Below are positions 13,901 to 28,210 of a DNA stretch of 64,000 nucleotides, piece after piece. The stretch covers positions 28,894,001-28,958,000 of the forward strand of contig OZ249436.1 in assembly GCA_965235115.1 (NCBI GenBank). Reading direction: 5' to 3'. The notes under the pieces are model-generated. The model worked only from the letters and a program-made list of their open reading frames with translations. It did no database searches and was not told the origin of the DNA. Origin of the DNA: Laetmonice hystrix. Taxonomy: Eukaryota. The position numbers and the translations under genes were made by a program. The number at the start of each line of letters is the position of its first letter. The first letter of the stretch is position 1.

Positions 13901-16900
13901 TGCATTAAATATGCTTCATGAATGCAGTATCAGCCTTTTGTGCTTAACCATGGATAGTCAACAACCTTGTAAAAGGGCTGCTAAAAATGTCCATGTAAAA
14001 GGCTTGTTAGTAGATAGTACTGTTCATGTGACAGCCTTGCCTTGAAACCATTATGATTTTGACATACGTTTTTTATATATTTTTTATACTTGTTTTACTT
14101 ATAAATTATACGTGACAAACTAAGAAATAAGTTCCATAGGAGATAAGACCTTAAACAGGATCTGATTTGCTACATTAGTGAGGTATCCTGGCATGGTCAG
14201 CTCTGCCTCATGAACATATGGGTAAATTAGATCCTGTCTCAAGTTTTACCTCCTTATTTGTTTACCAGCCCCCCCCCCCCGCCCAGTCTAAAAAAGACGT
14301 TCCTGTTTTCTTGTTATTATAAAATGAGCAGCCTAAAAGGCCTAATCCAAAATTTCACATATATGGAGCCCTTCTCTTTTGGGCAGGCACCGACTTCTAA
14401 ACTTTTGGGAGTCTAACGTCACTTTTTTAACCGTTTTAACATAGCTTTGCTGGGCTACTATTTCAGCTTTTACATAGACCTAGTGAGGGCTTAGTCCCAC
14501 TAGGCATTTTTGTGGCCTTGGGATGTTCTCCCAATGTAAACTGAAAAGCCTCGGGAGACTTCGGGAACAGGTTACTGGGTGCTTTGAAAAAGCTTTGGGA
14601 TCATCGGAAGCCATGTGGAACCGTCGGGAGGCATCGGAAGAACTGCGGAAAATTTCAATGCCTGCATTAAATTTTTTCCTGATGTGGGTGCCGGGGAACA
14701 ATAGGTGCCATCCGTTTCATCACCATATGGGGGTGAGGGTGGGGAAGGTGTTGGTTGTGTGGTCAGAAGTAATGTCTGAGGGCCAGACAGCCATAGCATG
14801 TGGATTGGGAAGGGGATGAGATGTTGGCTAAGTGTTTGGAGGGAATGTCTGAGGACCAATCAGTCATGTTAGGGATTGGAAAGGGGGATATTGGATTGGT
14901 TGGAGGTGGTAGTATAGAAGAAAAACGAAAAATACCCCCAAAAAAATCGCAAAAGAAAAAAATGAAACAACAGTTTGTCGGTGATGCATGTCGCAATACT
15001 GAGACATGTCTGCTGGGTGTTTATATCAGGGGTAACCTGATTTCGCTGTTCTGGTGAGTCACTGTGGGTGGTTGGAGGTGGTAGTATAGAAGAAAAACGA
15101 AAAATACCAAAAAAATCACAAAAGAAAAAAATGAAAAAATGTTTGTGGGTGTTGACCCTTCAGATGAGATATCTGCACTGTGACACTACGCCACTCCTGC
15201 ACACATGTCATTCTTGTCTTGTTGTAACTGAATGACTATAGTAAAAATCAACAATGATGAATTTGAGTGAGTAGTTCGGGATAATGTTTTAAGGCCACTC
15301 GGCCATATCATGGGGATTGTGAAGGGATGAAGGTGTTGGCTGAGTGGTTAGGGGTAACGTCTGAGGGTCAATCAGCCATATTATGGGGATTGGGAAATGG
15401 GGGTGTTGGCTGAATGCTTGAGGGGTAGTGTCAGGAGGTCCGTCAGCCATATCATGAAAGTTGAGAAAAAGGGAGGTGTTGGGTGGGTGGTACGGGGTAA
15501 TGTCTTAAGGCCACTCGGCCATTCCTGGGGGCTTAGGTCTTAGGGGTAAAGTCTGGGGGCCAGTGAGCCATATCATGGGGAGTGGGAAGGGAGATGTTGT
15601 TGTCTGAGATGTTGAGGGTAACGTCTGGTAACGTTGGTAATTTTGAGTCATTTGATCCTCATTTATTTTCATTATCATCCCCCGTGGGGCCCGGGGAACA
15701 ATAGGCCCCATCCGTTTCAACACCCTATGGGTATGTGTGAGGGTGGAGAAGTTGTTGGCTGAGTGGTACGGGGTAAGGCCTGAGGGTCATTTGGCCATAT
15801 CATCGGGGCTGGGAAGGGGGGGGGAAGGTGTTGGCTGATTGGTTAGGGGTAACGTCTGACTGCCAGCCAGCCATATCATGGGGTTTGGGGAATGGGAGGC
15901 AGGGTCATGCTTACTTACAAGAACAGAAAGAGTTTACGATCACTCTCCATCTACATGGGCCAAAGGCCTACAAGTACCTGCGAGAAAAACTGACGTGACA
16001 TCTGAAGCACTCATGTTCATGGTAGTGGGAATGAAGGGCATCTGGAAGTCACCGACTGGATACTTATAACACGGACACTCAAGCCTGACACTCAAAAAGT
16101 TCTTGTGGAACATGCATTAAATATGCTTCATGAATGCAGTATCAGCCTTTTGTGCTTAACCATGGATAGTCAACAACCTTGTAAAAGGGCTGCTAAAAAT
16201 GTCCATGTAAAAGGCTTGTTAGTAGATAGTACTGTTCATGTGACAGCCTTGCCTTGAAACCATTATGATTTTGACATACGTTTTTTATATATTTTTTATA
16301 CTTGTTTTACTTATAAATTATACGTGACAAACTAAGAAATAAGTTCCATAGGAGATAAGACCTTAAACAGGATCTGATTTGCTACATTAGTGAGGTATCC
16401 TGGCATGGTCAGCTCTGCCTCATGAACATATGGGTAAATTAGATCCTGTCTCAAGTTTTACCTCCTTATTTGTTTACCAGCCCCCCCCCCCCGCCCCGCC
16501 CAGTCTAAAAAAGACGTTCCTGTTTTCTTGTTATTATAAAATGAGCAGCCTAAAAGGCCTAATCCAAAATTTCACATATATGGAGCCCTTCTCTTTTGGG
16601 CAGGCACCGACTTCTGAACTTTTGGGAGTCTAACGTCACTTTTTTAACCGTTTTAACATAGCTTTGCTGGGCTACTATTTCAGCTTTTACATAGACCTAG
16701 TGAGGGCTTACTCCCACTAGGCATTTTTTGGCCTTGGGATGTTCTCCCAATGTAAACTGAAAAGCCTCGGGAGACTTCGGGAACAGGTTACTGGGTGCTT
16801 TGAAAAAGCTTTGGGATCATCGGAAGCCATGTGGAACCGTCGGGAGGCATCGGAAGAACTGCGGAAAATTTCAATGCCTGCATTAAATTTTTTCCTGATG

Positions 16901-19900
16901 TGGGTGCCGGGTAACAATAGGTGCCATCCGTTTCATCACCATATGGGGGTGAGGGTGGGGAAGGTGTTGGTTGTGTGGTCAGAAGTAATGTCTCAGGGCC
17001 AGACAGCCATAGCATGTGGATTGGGAAGGGGAGGAGATGTTGGCTAAGTGTTTGGAGGGAATGTCTGAGGACCAATCAGTCATGTTAGGGATTGGAAAGG
17101 GGGATATTGGATTGGTTGGAGGTGGTAGTATAGAAGAAAAACGAAAAATACCCCCAAAAAAATCGCAAAAGAAAAAAATGAAACAACAGTTTGTCGGTGA
17201 TGCATGTCGCAATACTGAGACATGTCTGCTGGGTGTTTATATCAGGGGTAACCTGATTTCGCTGTTCTGGTGAGTCACTGTGGGTGGTTGGAGGTGGTAG
17301 TATAGAAGAAAAACGAAAAATACCAAAAAAATCACAAAAGAAAAAAATGAAAAAATGTTTGTGGGTGTTGACCCTTCAGATGAGATATCTGCACTGTGAC
17401 ACTACGCCACTCCTGCACACATGTCATTCTTGTCTTGTTGTAACTGAATGACTATAGTAAAAATCAACAATGATGAATTTGAGTGAGTAGTTCGGGATAA
17501 TGTTTTAAGGCCACTCGGCCATATCATGGGGATTGTGAAGGGATGAAGGTGTTGGCTGAGTGGTTAGGGGTAACGTCTGAGGGTCAATCAGCCATATTAT
17601 GGGGATTGGGAAATGGGGGTGTTGGCTGAATGCTTGAGGGGTAATGTCAGGAGGTCCGTCAGCCATATCAAGAAAGTTGAGAAGAAGGGAGGTGTTGGGT
17701 GGGTGGTACGGGGTAATGTCTTAAGGCCAATCGGCCATTCCCGGGGGCTTAGGTCCCAGGGGTAAAGTCTGGGGGCCAGTGAGCCATATCATGGGGAGTG
17801 GGAAGGGAGAATTTGTTGTCTGAGATGTTGAGGGTAACGTCTGGTAACGTTGGTAATTTTGAGTCATTTTATCCTCATTTATTTTCATTATCATCCCCCG
17901 TGGGGCCCGGGGAACAATAGGCCCCATCCGTTTCAACACCCTATGGGTATGTGTGAGGGTGGAGAAGTTGTTGGCTGAGTGGTACGGGGTAAGGCCTGAG
18001 GGTCATTTGGCCATATCATCGGGGCTGGGAAGGGGGGGGGGGAAGGTGTTGGCTGATTGGTTAGGGGTAACGTCTGACTGCCAGCCAGCCATATCATGGG
18101 GTTTGGGGAATGGGAGGCAGGGTCATGCTTACTTACAAGAACAGAAAGAGTTTACGATCACTCTCCATCTACATGGGCCAAAGGCCTACAAGTACCTGCG
18201 AGAAAAACTGACGTGACATCTGAAGCACTCATGTTCATGGTAGTGGGAATGAAGGGCATCTGGAAGTCACCGACTGGATACTTATAACACGGACACTCAA
18301 GCCTGACACTCAAAAAGTTCTTGTGGAACATGCATTAAATATGCTTCATGAATGCAGTATCAGCCTTTTGTGCTTAACCATGGATAGTCAACAACCTTGT
18401 AAAAGGGCTGCTAAAAATGTCCATGTAAAAGGCTTGTTAGTAGATAGTACTGTTCATGTGACAGCCTTGCCTTGAAACCATTATGATTTTGACATACGTT
18501 TTTTATATATTTTTTATACTTGTTTTACTTATAAATTATACGTGACAAACTAAGAAATAAGTTCCATAAGACATAAGACCTTAAACAGGATCTGATTTGC
18601 TACATTAGTGAGGTATCCTGGCATGGTCAGCTCTGCCTCATGAACATATGGGTAAATCAGATCCTGTCTCAAGTTTTACCTCCTTATTTGTTTAACAGCC
18701 CCCCCCCCCCCGCCCAGTCTAAAAAAAGACGTTCCTGTTTTCTTGTTATTATTAAATGAGCAGCCTAAAAGGCCTAATCCAAAATTTCACATATATGGAG
18801 CCCTTCTCTTTTGGGCAGGCACCGACTTCTGAAATTTTGGGAGTCTAACGTCACTTTTTTAACCGTTTTAACATAGCTTTGCTGGACTACTATTTCAGCT
18901 TTTACATAGACCGAGTGAGGGCTTAGTCTCACTAGGCATTTTTGTGGCCTTGGGATGTTCTCCCAATGTAAACTGAAAAGCCTCGGGAGACTTCGGGAAC
19001 AGGTGACTGGGTGCTTTGAAAAAGCTTTGGGATCATCGGGAGCCATGTGGAACCGTCGGGAGGCATCGGAAGAACTGCGGAAAATTTCAATGCCTGCATT
19101 AAATTTTTTCCTGATGTGGGGGCCGGGGAACAATAGGTGCCATCCGTTTCATCACTATATGGGGGTGAGGGTGGGGAAGGTGTTGGTTGTGTGGTCAGAG
19201 GTAATGTCTGAGGGCCAGACAGCCATAGCATGTGGATTGGGAAGGGGATGAGATGTTGGCTAAGTGTTTGGAGGGAATGTCTGATGACCAATCAGTCATG
19301 TTAGGGATTGGAAAGGGGGATATTGGATTGGTTGGAGGTGGTAGTATAGAAGAAAAACGAAAAATACCCCCAAAAAATCGCAAAAGAAAAAAATGAAACA
19401 ACAGTTTGTGGGTGATGCATGTCGCAATACTGAGACATGTCTGCTGGGTGTTTATATCAGGGGTATTCTGATTTCGCTGTTCTGGTGAGTCACTGTGGGT
19501 GGTTGGAGGTGGTAGTATAAAAGAAAAACGAAAAATAACAAAAAAATCACAAAAGAAAAAAATGAAAAAATGTTTGTGGGTGTTGACCCTTCAGATGAGA
19601 TATCTGCACTGTGACACTACGCCACTCCTGCACACATGTCATTCTTGTCTTGTTGTAACTGAATGACTATAGTAAAAATCAATAATGATGAATTTGAATG
19701 AGTAGTTCGGGATAATGTTTTAAGGCCACTCGGCCATATCATGGAGATTGTGAAGGGATGAAGGTGTTGGCTGAGTGGTTAGGGGTAACGTCTGAGGGTC
19801 AATCAGCCATATTATGGGGATTGGGAAATGGGGGTGTTGGCTGAATGCTTGAGGGGTAGTGTCAGGAGGTCCGTCAGCCATATCATGAAAGTTGAGAAAA

Positions 19901-22900
19901 AGGGAGGTGTTGGGTGGGTGGTACGGGGTAATGTCTTAAGGCCACTCGGCCATTCCTGGGGGCTTAGGTCTTAGGGGTAAAGTCTGGGGGCCAGTGAGCC
20001 ATATCATGGGGAGTGGGAAGGGAGATGTTGTTGTCTGAGATGTTGAGGGTAACGTCTGGTAACGTTGGTAATTTTGAGTCATTTTATCCTCATTTATTTT
20101 CATTATCATCCCCCGTGGGGCCCGGGGAACAATAGGCCCCATCCGTTTCAACACCCTATGGGTATGTGTGAGGGTGGAGAAGTTGTTGGCTGAGTGGTAC
20201 GGGGTAAGGCCTGAAGGTCATTTGACCATATCATCGGGGCTGGGAAGAGGGGGGGAAGGTGTTGGCTGATTGGTTAGGGGTAACGTCTGACTGCCAGCCA
20301 GCCATATCATCTGGTTTGGGGAATGGGAGGCAGGGTCATGCTTACTTACAAGAACAGAAAGAGTTTACGATCACTCTCCATCTACATGGGCCAAAGGCCT
20401 ACAAGTACCTGCGAGAAAAACTGACGTGACATCTGAAGCACTCATGTTCATGGTAGTGGGAATGAAGGGCATCTGGAAGTCACCGACTGGATACTTATAA
20501 CACGGACACTCAAGCCTGACACTCAAAAAGTTCTTGTGGAACATGCATTAAATATGCTTCATGAATGCAGTATCAGGGTTTTGTGCTTAACTATGGATAG
20601 TCAACAACCTTGTAAAGGGGCTGCTGAAAATGTCCATGTAAAAGGGTTGTTAGTAGATAGTACTGTTCATGTGACAGCCTTGCCTTGAAACCATTATGAT
20701 TTTGACATACGTTTTTTATATATTTTTTATACTTGTTTTACTTATAAATTATACGTGACAAACTAAGAAATAAGTTCCATAGGAGATAAGACCTTAAACA
20801 GGATCTGATTTGCTACATTAGTGAGGTATCCTGGCATGGTCAGCTCTGCCTCATGAACATATGGGTAAATTAGATCCTGTCTCAAGTTATACCTCCTTAT
20901 TTGTTTACCAGCCCCCCCCCCCCACCCCGCCCAGTCTAAAAAAGACGTTCCTGTTTTCTTGTTATTATAAAATGAGCAGCCTAAAAGGCCTAATCCAAAA
21001 TTTCACATATATGGAGCCCTTCTCTTTTGGGCAGGCACCGACTTCTGAACTTTTGGGAGTCTAACGTCACTTTTTTAACCGTTTTAACATAGCTTTGCTG
21101 GGCTACTATTTCAGCTTTTACATAGACCTAGTTGAGGGCTTAGTCCCACTAGGCATTTTTTGGCCTTGGGATGTTTTCCCAATGTAAACTGAAAAGCCTC
21201 GGGAGACTTCGGGAACAGGTGACTGGGTGCTTTGAAAAAGCTTTGGGATCATCGGGAGCCATGAGGAACCGTCGGGAGGCATCGGAAGAACTGCGGAAAA
21301 TTTCAATGCCTGCATTAAATTTTTTCCTGATGTGGGGGCCGGGGAACAATAGGTGCCATCCGTTTCATCACTATATGGGGGTGAGGGTGGGGAAGGTGTT
21401 GGTTGTGTGGTCAGAGGTAATGTCTGAGGGCCAGACAGCCATAGCATGTGGATTGGGAAGGGGATGAGATGTTGGCTAAGTGTTTGGAGGGAATGTCTGA
21501 GGACCAATCAGTCATGTTAGGGATTGGAAAGGGGGATATTGGATTGGTTGGAGGTGGTAGTATAGAAGAAAAACGAAAAATACACCCAAAAAATCGCAAA
21601 AGAAAAAAATGAAACAACAGTTTGTGGGTGATGCATGTCGCAATACTGAGACATGTCTGCTGGGTGTTTATATCAGGGGTATTCTGATTTCGCTGTTCTG
21701 GTGAGTCACTGTGGGTGGTTGGAGGTGGTAGTATAAAAGAAAAACGAAAAATACCAAAAAAATCACAAAAGAAAAAAATGAAAAAATGTTTGTGGGTGTT
21801 GACCCTTCAGATGAGATATCTGCACTGTGACACTACGCCACTCCTGCACACATGTCATTCTTGTCTTGTTGTAACTGAATGACTATAGTAAAAATCAATA
21901 ATGATGAATTTGAATGAGTAGTTCGGGATAATGTTTTAAGGCCACTCGGCCATATCATGGAGATTGTGAAGGGATGAAGGTGTTGGCTGAGTGGTTAGGG
22001 GTAACGTCTGAGGGTCAATCAGCCATATTATGGGGATTGGGAAATGGGGGTGTTGGCTGAATGCTTGAGGGGTAGTGCCAGGAGGTCCGTCAGCCATATC
22101 ATGAAAGTTGAGAAGAAGGGAGGTGTTGGGTGGGTGGTACGGGGTAATGTCTTAAGGCCACTCGGCCATTCCTGGGGGCTTAGGTCTTAGGGGTAAAGTC
22201 TGGGGGCCAGTGAGCCATATCATGGGGAGTGGGAAGGGAGATGTTGTTGTCTGAGATGTTGAGGGTAACGTCTGGTAACGTTGGTAATTTTGAGTCATTT
22301 TATCCTCATTTATTTTCATTATCATCCCCCGTGGGGCCCGGGGAACAATAGGCCCCATCCGTTTCAACACCCTATGGGTATGTGTGAGGGTGGAGAAGTT
22401 GTTGGCTGAGTGGTACGGGGTAAGGCCTGAGGGTCATTTGGCCATATCATCGGGGCTGGGAAGGGGGGGGGGAAGGTGTTGGCTGATTGGTTAGGGGTAA
22501 CGTCTGACTGCCAGCCAGCCATATCATGGGGTTTGGGGAATGGGAGGCAGGGTCATGCTTACTTACAAGAACAGAAAGAGTTTACGATCACTCTCCATCT
22601 ACATGGGCCAAAGGCCTACAAGTACCTGCGAGAAAAACTGACGTGACATCTGAAGCACTCATGTTCATGGTAGTGGGAATGAAGGGCATCTGGAAGTCAC
22701 CGACTGGATACTTATAACACGGACACTCAAGCCTGACACTCAAAAAGTTCTTGTGGAACATGCATTAAATATGCTTCATGAATGCAGTATCAGCCTTTTG
22801 TGCTTAACCATGGATAGTCAACAACCTTGTAAAAGGGCTGCTAAAAATGTCCATGTAAAAGGCTTGTTAGTAGATAGTACTGTTCATGTGACAGCCTTGC

Positions 22901-25602
22901 CTTGAAACCATTATGATTTTGACATACGTTTTTTTATATATTTTTTATACTTGTTTTACTTATAAATTATACGTGACAAACTAAGAAATAAGTTCCATAG
23001 GAGATAAGACCTTAAACAGGATCTGATTTGCTACATTAGTGAGGTATCCTGGCATGGTCAGCTCTGCCTCATGAACATATGGGTAAATTAGATCCTGTCT
23101 CAAGTTTTACCTCCTTATTTGTTTAACAGCCCCCCCCCCCCCCCGCCCAGTCTAAAAAAGACGTTCCTGTTTTCTTGTTATTATAAAATGAGCAGCCTAA
23201 AAGGCCTAATCCAAAATTTCACATATATGGAGCCCTTCTCTTTTGGGCAGGCACCGACTTCTGAACTTTTGGGAGTCTAACGTCACTTTTTTAACCGTTT
23301 TAACATAGCTTTGCTGGGCTACTATTTCAGCTTTTACATAGACCTAGTGAGGGCTTAGTCCCACTAGGCATTTTTTGGCCTTGGGATGTTCTCCCAATGT
23401 AAACTGAAAAGCCTCGGGAGACTTCGGGAACAGGTTACTGGGTGCTTTGAAAAAGCTTTGGGATCATCGGGAGCCATGTGGAACCGTCGGGAGGCATCGG
23501 AAGAACTGCGGAAAATTTCAATGCCTGCATTAAATTTTTTCCTGATGTGGGTGCCGGGGAACAATAGGTGCCATCCGTTTCATCACCATATGGGGGTGAG
23601 GGTGGGGAAGGTGTTGGTTGTGTGGTCAGAAGTAATGTCTGAGGGCCAGACAGCCATAGCATGTGGATTGGGAAGGGGATGAGATGTTGGCTAAGTGTTT
23701 GGAGGGAATGTCTGAGGACCAATCAGTCATGTTAGGGATTGGAAAGGGGGATATTGGATTGGTTGGAGGTGGTAGTATAGAAGAAAAACGAAAAACACCC
23801 CCAAAAAATTGCAAAAGAAAAAAATGAAACAACAGTTTGTGGGTGATGCATGTCGCAATACTGAGACATGTCTGCTGGGTGTTTATATCAGGGGTATTCT
23901 GATTTCGCTGTTCTGGTGAGTCACTGTGGGTGGTTGGAGGTGGTAGTATAGAAGAAAAACGAAAAATACCAAAAAAATCACAAAAGAAAAAAATGAAAAA
24001 ATGTTTGTGGGTGTTGACCCTTCAGATGAGATATCTGCACTGTGACACTACGCCACTCCTGCACACATGTCATTCTTGTCTTGTTGTAACTGAATGACTA
24101 TAGTAAAAATCAACAATGATGAATTTGAGTGAGTAGTTCGGGATAATGTTTTAAGGCCACTCGGCCATATCATGGGGATTGTGAAGGGATGAAGGTGTTG
24201 GCTGAGTGGTTAGGGGTAACGTCTGAGGGTCAATCAGCCATATTATGGGGATTGGGAAATGGGGGTGTTGGCTGAATGCTTGAGGGGTAATGTCAGGAGG
24301 TCCGTCAGCCATATCAAGAAAGTTGAGAAGAAGGGAGGTGTTGGGTGGGTGGTACGGGGTAATGTCTTAAGGCCACTCGGCCATTCCTGGGGGCTTAGGT
24401 CCCAGGGGTAAAGTCTGGGGGCCAGTGAGCCATATCATGGGGAGTGGGAAGGGAGATGTTGTTGTCTGAGATGTTGAGGGTAACGTCTGGTAACGTTGGT
24501 AATTTTGAGTCATTTTATCCTCATTTATTTTCATTATCATCCCCCGTGGGGCCCGGGGAACAATAGGCCCCATCCGTTTCAACACCCTATGGGTATGTGT
24601 GAGGGTGGAGAAGTTGTTGGCTGAGTGGTACGGGGTAAGGCCTGAGGGTCATTTGGCCATATCATCGGGGCTGGGAAGGGGGGGGGGAAGGTGTTGGCTG
24701 ATTGGTTAGGGGTAACGTCTGACTGCCAGCCAGCCATATCATGGGGTTTGGGGAATGGGAGGCAGGGTCATGCTTACTTACAAGAACAGAAAGAGTTTAC
24801 GATCACTCTCCATCTACATGGGCCAAAGGCCTACAAGTACCTGCGAGAAAAACTGACGTGACATCTGAAGCACTCATGTTCATGGTAGTGGGAATGAAGG
24901 GCATCTTGAAGTCACCGACTGGATACTTATAACACGGACACTCAAGCCTGACACTCAAAAAGTTCTTGTGGAACATGCATTAAATATGCTTCATGAATGC
25001 AGTATCAGCTTTTTGTGCTTAACCATGGATAGTCAACAACCTTGTAAAGGGGCTGCTAAAAATGTCCATGTAAAAGGCTTGTTAGTAGATAGTACTGTTC
25101 ATGTGACAGCCTTGCCTTGAAACCATTATGATTTTGACATACGTTTTTTATATATTTTTTATACTTGTCTTACTTATAAATTATACGTGACAAACTAAGA
25201 AATAAGTTCCATCCGAAATAAGTTCCATCCGTTTCAACACCCTATGGGTATGTGTGAGGGTGGAGAAGTTGTTGGCTGAGTGGTACGGGGTAAGGCCTGA
25301 GGGTCATTCGGCCATATCATCGGGGCTGAAGGTGTTGGCTGATTGGTTAGGGGTAACGTCTGACTGCCAGCCATCCATATCATGGGGTTTGGGGAATGGG
25401 AGGCAGGGTCATGCTTACTTACAAGAACAGAAAGAGTTTACGATCACTCTCCATCTACATGGGCCAAAGGCCTACAGCCCCCCCCCCCCCCCCCCAGTCT
25501 AAAAAACGTTCCTGTTTTCTTGTTATTATAAGAATTCTATTCTTCTGACATTCTTTTATTAAAGAGAATCAGGCTTCCTCCTGGAACCAACCAGAAACCA
25601 AC

Positions 25603-26971
25603 GTCAAAGGCTCCTTGAACTTAAATCTATAGGCCTAATAGATCTACCGGTCTTCTTATACTCCCTATGCCTGCTTTTTAAGGTCAATGGCCCATGGGAG
25701 GCAAATTTAAGATAGATTTTGATTATTTTTAATCTTGGCTTTCGCCTATATAGGCCTAGGCCTATGTGTTTAGGAGATAGGTCTATGCATTGCTCTTCTA
25801 TAATTAATATGGGCCTAACTGCGGCCTAGGCCCCCTGCAGCTTCCCTGTGTATCTCAGTCCTACCACACTGGCGGATCCAGGGGAGGGGGTCACATAGGG
25901 TCTGGACCCCCCTAAAGTTTCATGGCGCCCCTCCTGCCGTTAATGGTGCCTCACGGCATTGTAGGGCTACATAAGACTTTTGACATCATTGGTCTTTAAA
26001 TAGCTTATTTTGTGCTCCAAAATGCATCAGATTTCACTAAATTACACCTTGAATTTGAAAGTTTTCCGGGGGGCATGCCCCCGGACCCCTTAGCAAGGCT
26101 TTGTGCCTTCGGTGCTCGTACAGTCACTCCGGTTGCGCCCCTAAAAACGTTGGACCCCCCCTACTTGAAAAAGCTGGATCCGCCGCTGTACCGTCTCTTG
26201 TTTAGCTCATATACTATATAGACCTGAATATTCAGGTCTATGTTTAGCTCTAGGAAATCTAGGCCACGCTTTAATTATTGTCTGACAGCGTTATAGGCCT
26301 GCGGCCGTCAACATTTTCGACCCCCATGTTGGGCCTTCCTATTTGATTTTGAAGAAAAAGACCTCATGCGTGAATGTATTCATTTATTATTAATGAGTGA
26401 GGTTTACCAATTTTTTACTAGGCCTAGTGTGGTAGAATAGAGAGTGGCAAGTAAGATGGGGACGGTCTCTATTTTATTTGGTAAAGGTGTGTTTTAGGCT
26501 TAATCGTCAAATGCTTTTTCTTCTGATAAATATTGCTTGATACTGTTTCTTGTGATGTCAAGGGCCAGGTGGGGCCCACCTAAAAAATTTTTAGCCTTGC
26601 TACGCTCGGCATGATTTCATTGTAACTGTACTAATAGTAATACATCTTCATACAAAAAAAGGAAGATCTAAGGGGAGCAAGCCCCCTGAATCCCTCACTG
26701 ATTAATACATTAACCTTGAGCAAAAGGTCGGCACCGAAAGCTCTTTAGTTTGATGCTGAGAAGCCGGGAAATATATGGCCTTTTATATTCCCAAACATTT
26801 TCAGTCGGAGCCCCCCCCCCCCTCTCGGCGCGGGCACCTTCTGACCCCCCCCCCCCCCCCTCCTGAAAAAAAATTTGCAATTCTTATGGTACATAAATCT
26901 GGGGGGGGGGGAAGGTCAATCACACCAAGATTGCCCCCCCCCCCACTTTGAAATAGGCAGCGGCGCCCCTG
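25603..26971. mobile_element. Left-truncated copy of the non-autonomous hAT-like element at 54776-56081
   Basis: Colinear similarity with 54845-56081; ends in the same terminal inverted repeat (TIR) GGCAGCGGCGCCCCTG. Confidence 0.85.
25867..26188. mobile_element. Nested ~320-bp MITE (CASTGGCGGATCCAG-type TIR); also at ~55084-55384, with a fragment at ~63154-63311
   Basis: CACTGGCGGATCCAG ... CTGGATCCGCCGCTG inverted ends, flanked by TACCA/TACCG. Confidence 0.7.
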
Positions 26972-27694
26972 TTGCGTATGACAAAATCAAATCCAGAGCG
27001 TACATTGGCGGCAAAGGCAGGTTTCAATATATACTGTTGGTCCACCATCGTGAACATACCATGTCATTGTGTTATAGTCAGCGACTGCCGTGATCATGAA
27101 AAGTCGGCAGCGGTGGCGTACACCAGTCCTTTGAGATCCTATAGGCCTAGATGAAACAAAACCTCCGAATGTTGAGGTGATCCGACATCCCGGACAGATG
27201 GTCCATCAAGTCAAATTAAGGAGATATATATTTGCCTTGTTGTCGAAGCTAGAGAAATACCGATTATTCAAAATCACGTGAAGCTTTTTCGCAACGTCCC
27301 ACGGAAAAGGGCCAAACTATGGCCTTGGCGGGAATGTGACTCATCGTTTGATCATGTCCGGGGCGAAGATGATGAGTAATGCTGAAACATTTGCTGATGT
27401 GACAATGACATTCATGTCATTGTTATGAATGAGGACGTCATTGAACAGCAATGTCAAGATTTGGGCACCTTTGTCTTGTGGAATGGACTGCAGACATTCC
27501 CCCCGGGACAATTAGGCCCTACTATACACACTGTGTTCAAACAACTGGTGAGAAAAATTTACAGAATTATTATACAGAAGACATAAGACACAGAGACGTC
27601 CCTCTACGCTATGCCATGTTGAAGATGCTGTAGGCGGTCCTATAGACTTCGGTCAACGACCTGACCTTCCTGGATAGAATCCAGTTCCAGGGCA

Positions 27695-27976
27695 ATGCGT
27701 GAAGGAAGCGAGACTGCCGTTGCCTCTTGTAAACCTCCAGCCAAATGCTGTGATCGAGTATCAGCTAGGCCTGCATATCGAAACAAGACATTGCACGGCA
27801 AGCAAAAGAAGACAAAGCAGGACGACTCTGAATGTGCAAGCTGCTGCTTTGTCTCTCGTGACCCATCCGATCCTCAATCAACTGAGGACTGGCTTATGTG
27901 TAGGATATGGCACCTTTGGTTTCACGAGTCCTGTGGGGAAGATTATGGCATTATCGACGATGATTTTTCGACTTAG
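27695..27976 (+). pseudogene. Degenerate PHD-finger fragment, probably the C-terminus of a pogo/DDE_1-type transposase
   Basis: A basic patch followed by C-x2-C ... EDWLMCRIWHLWFHESC resembles the PHD motif WIxCxxCxxWxHxxC, with one Cys replaced by W. Confidence 0.55.
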
Positions 27977-28210
27977 CAAACCTTTTTCTGCTCTTTATAA
28001 ATGGAACACCCTCCCAGCTTTTAGGCCAAGTAACTCTGTCGTTTTTGAAATCACCTCATAGATTTTCACATATGACGGTGGTATGGAAGTAGACTATAGC
28101 CTATATTTGTTCGGCCAATTCGTTATCAGCCTTCACTTTCTGCCTGTTCCGGCTCATAATTTAGCCTACTTTTTATATCACTTACGTTGCCATTGCGTTA
28201 GTTGACCTTT

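Larger units (their letters stand above)
1..25530. repeat. Macrosatellite: head-to-tail array of a ~2.21-kb unit, ~12 copies, running off the left edge of the window
   Basis: The poly-C landmark AGCCCCCCCCC..GCCCAGTCTAAAAAAGACG recurs near 14, 2222, 3455, 5667, 7883, 10098, 12314, 14267, 16478, 18697, 20910, 23128 and 25475. The same short ORFs recur with this period. Copies differ by scattered SNPs and homopolymer lengths; two units are shortened (~1.23 kb and ~1.95 kb). Confidence 0.98.

Noticed and set aside
225..25502. Dozens of recurring 60-130-aa ORFs in the array
   Set aside because: They recur only because the DNA is tandemly repeated, overlap on both strands and change with homopolymer slippage. 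Only the P-transposase motifs are recognisable.
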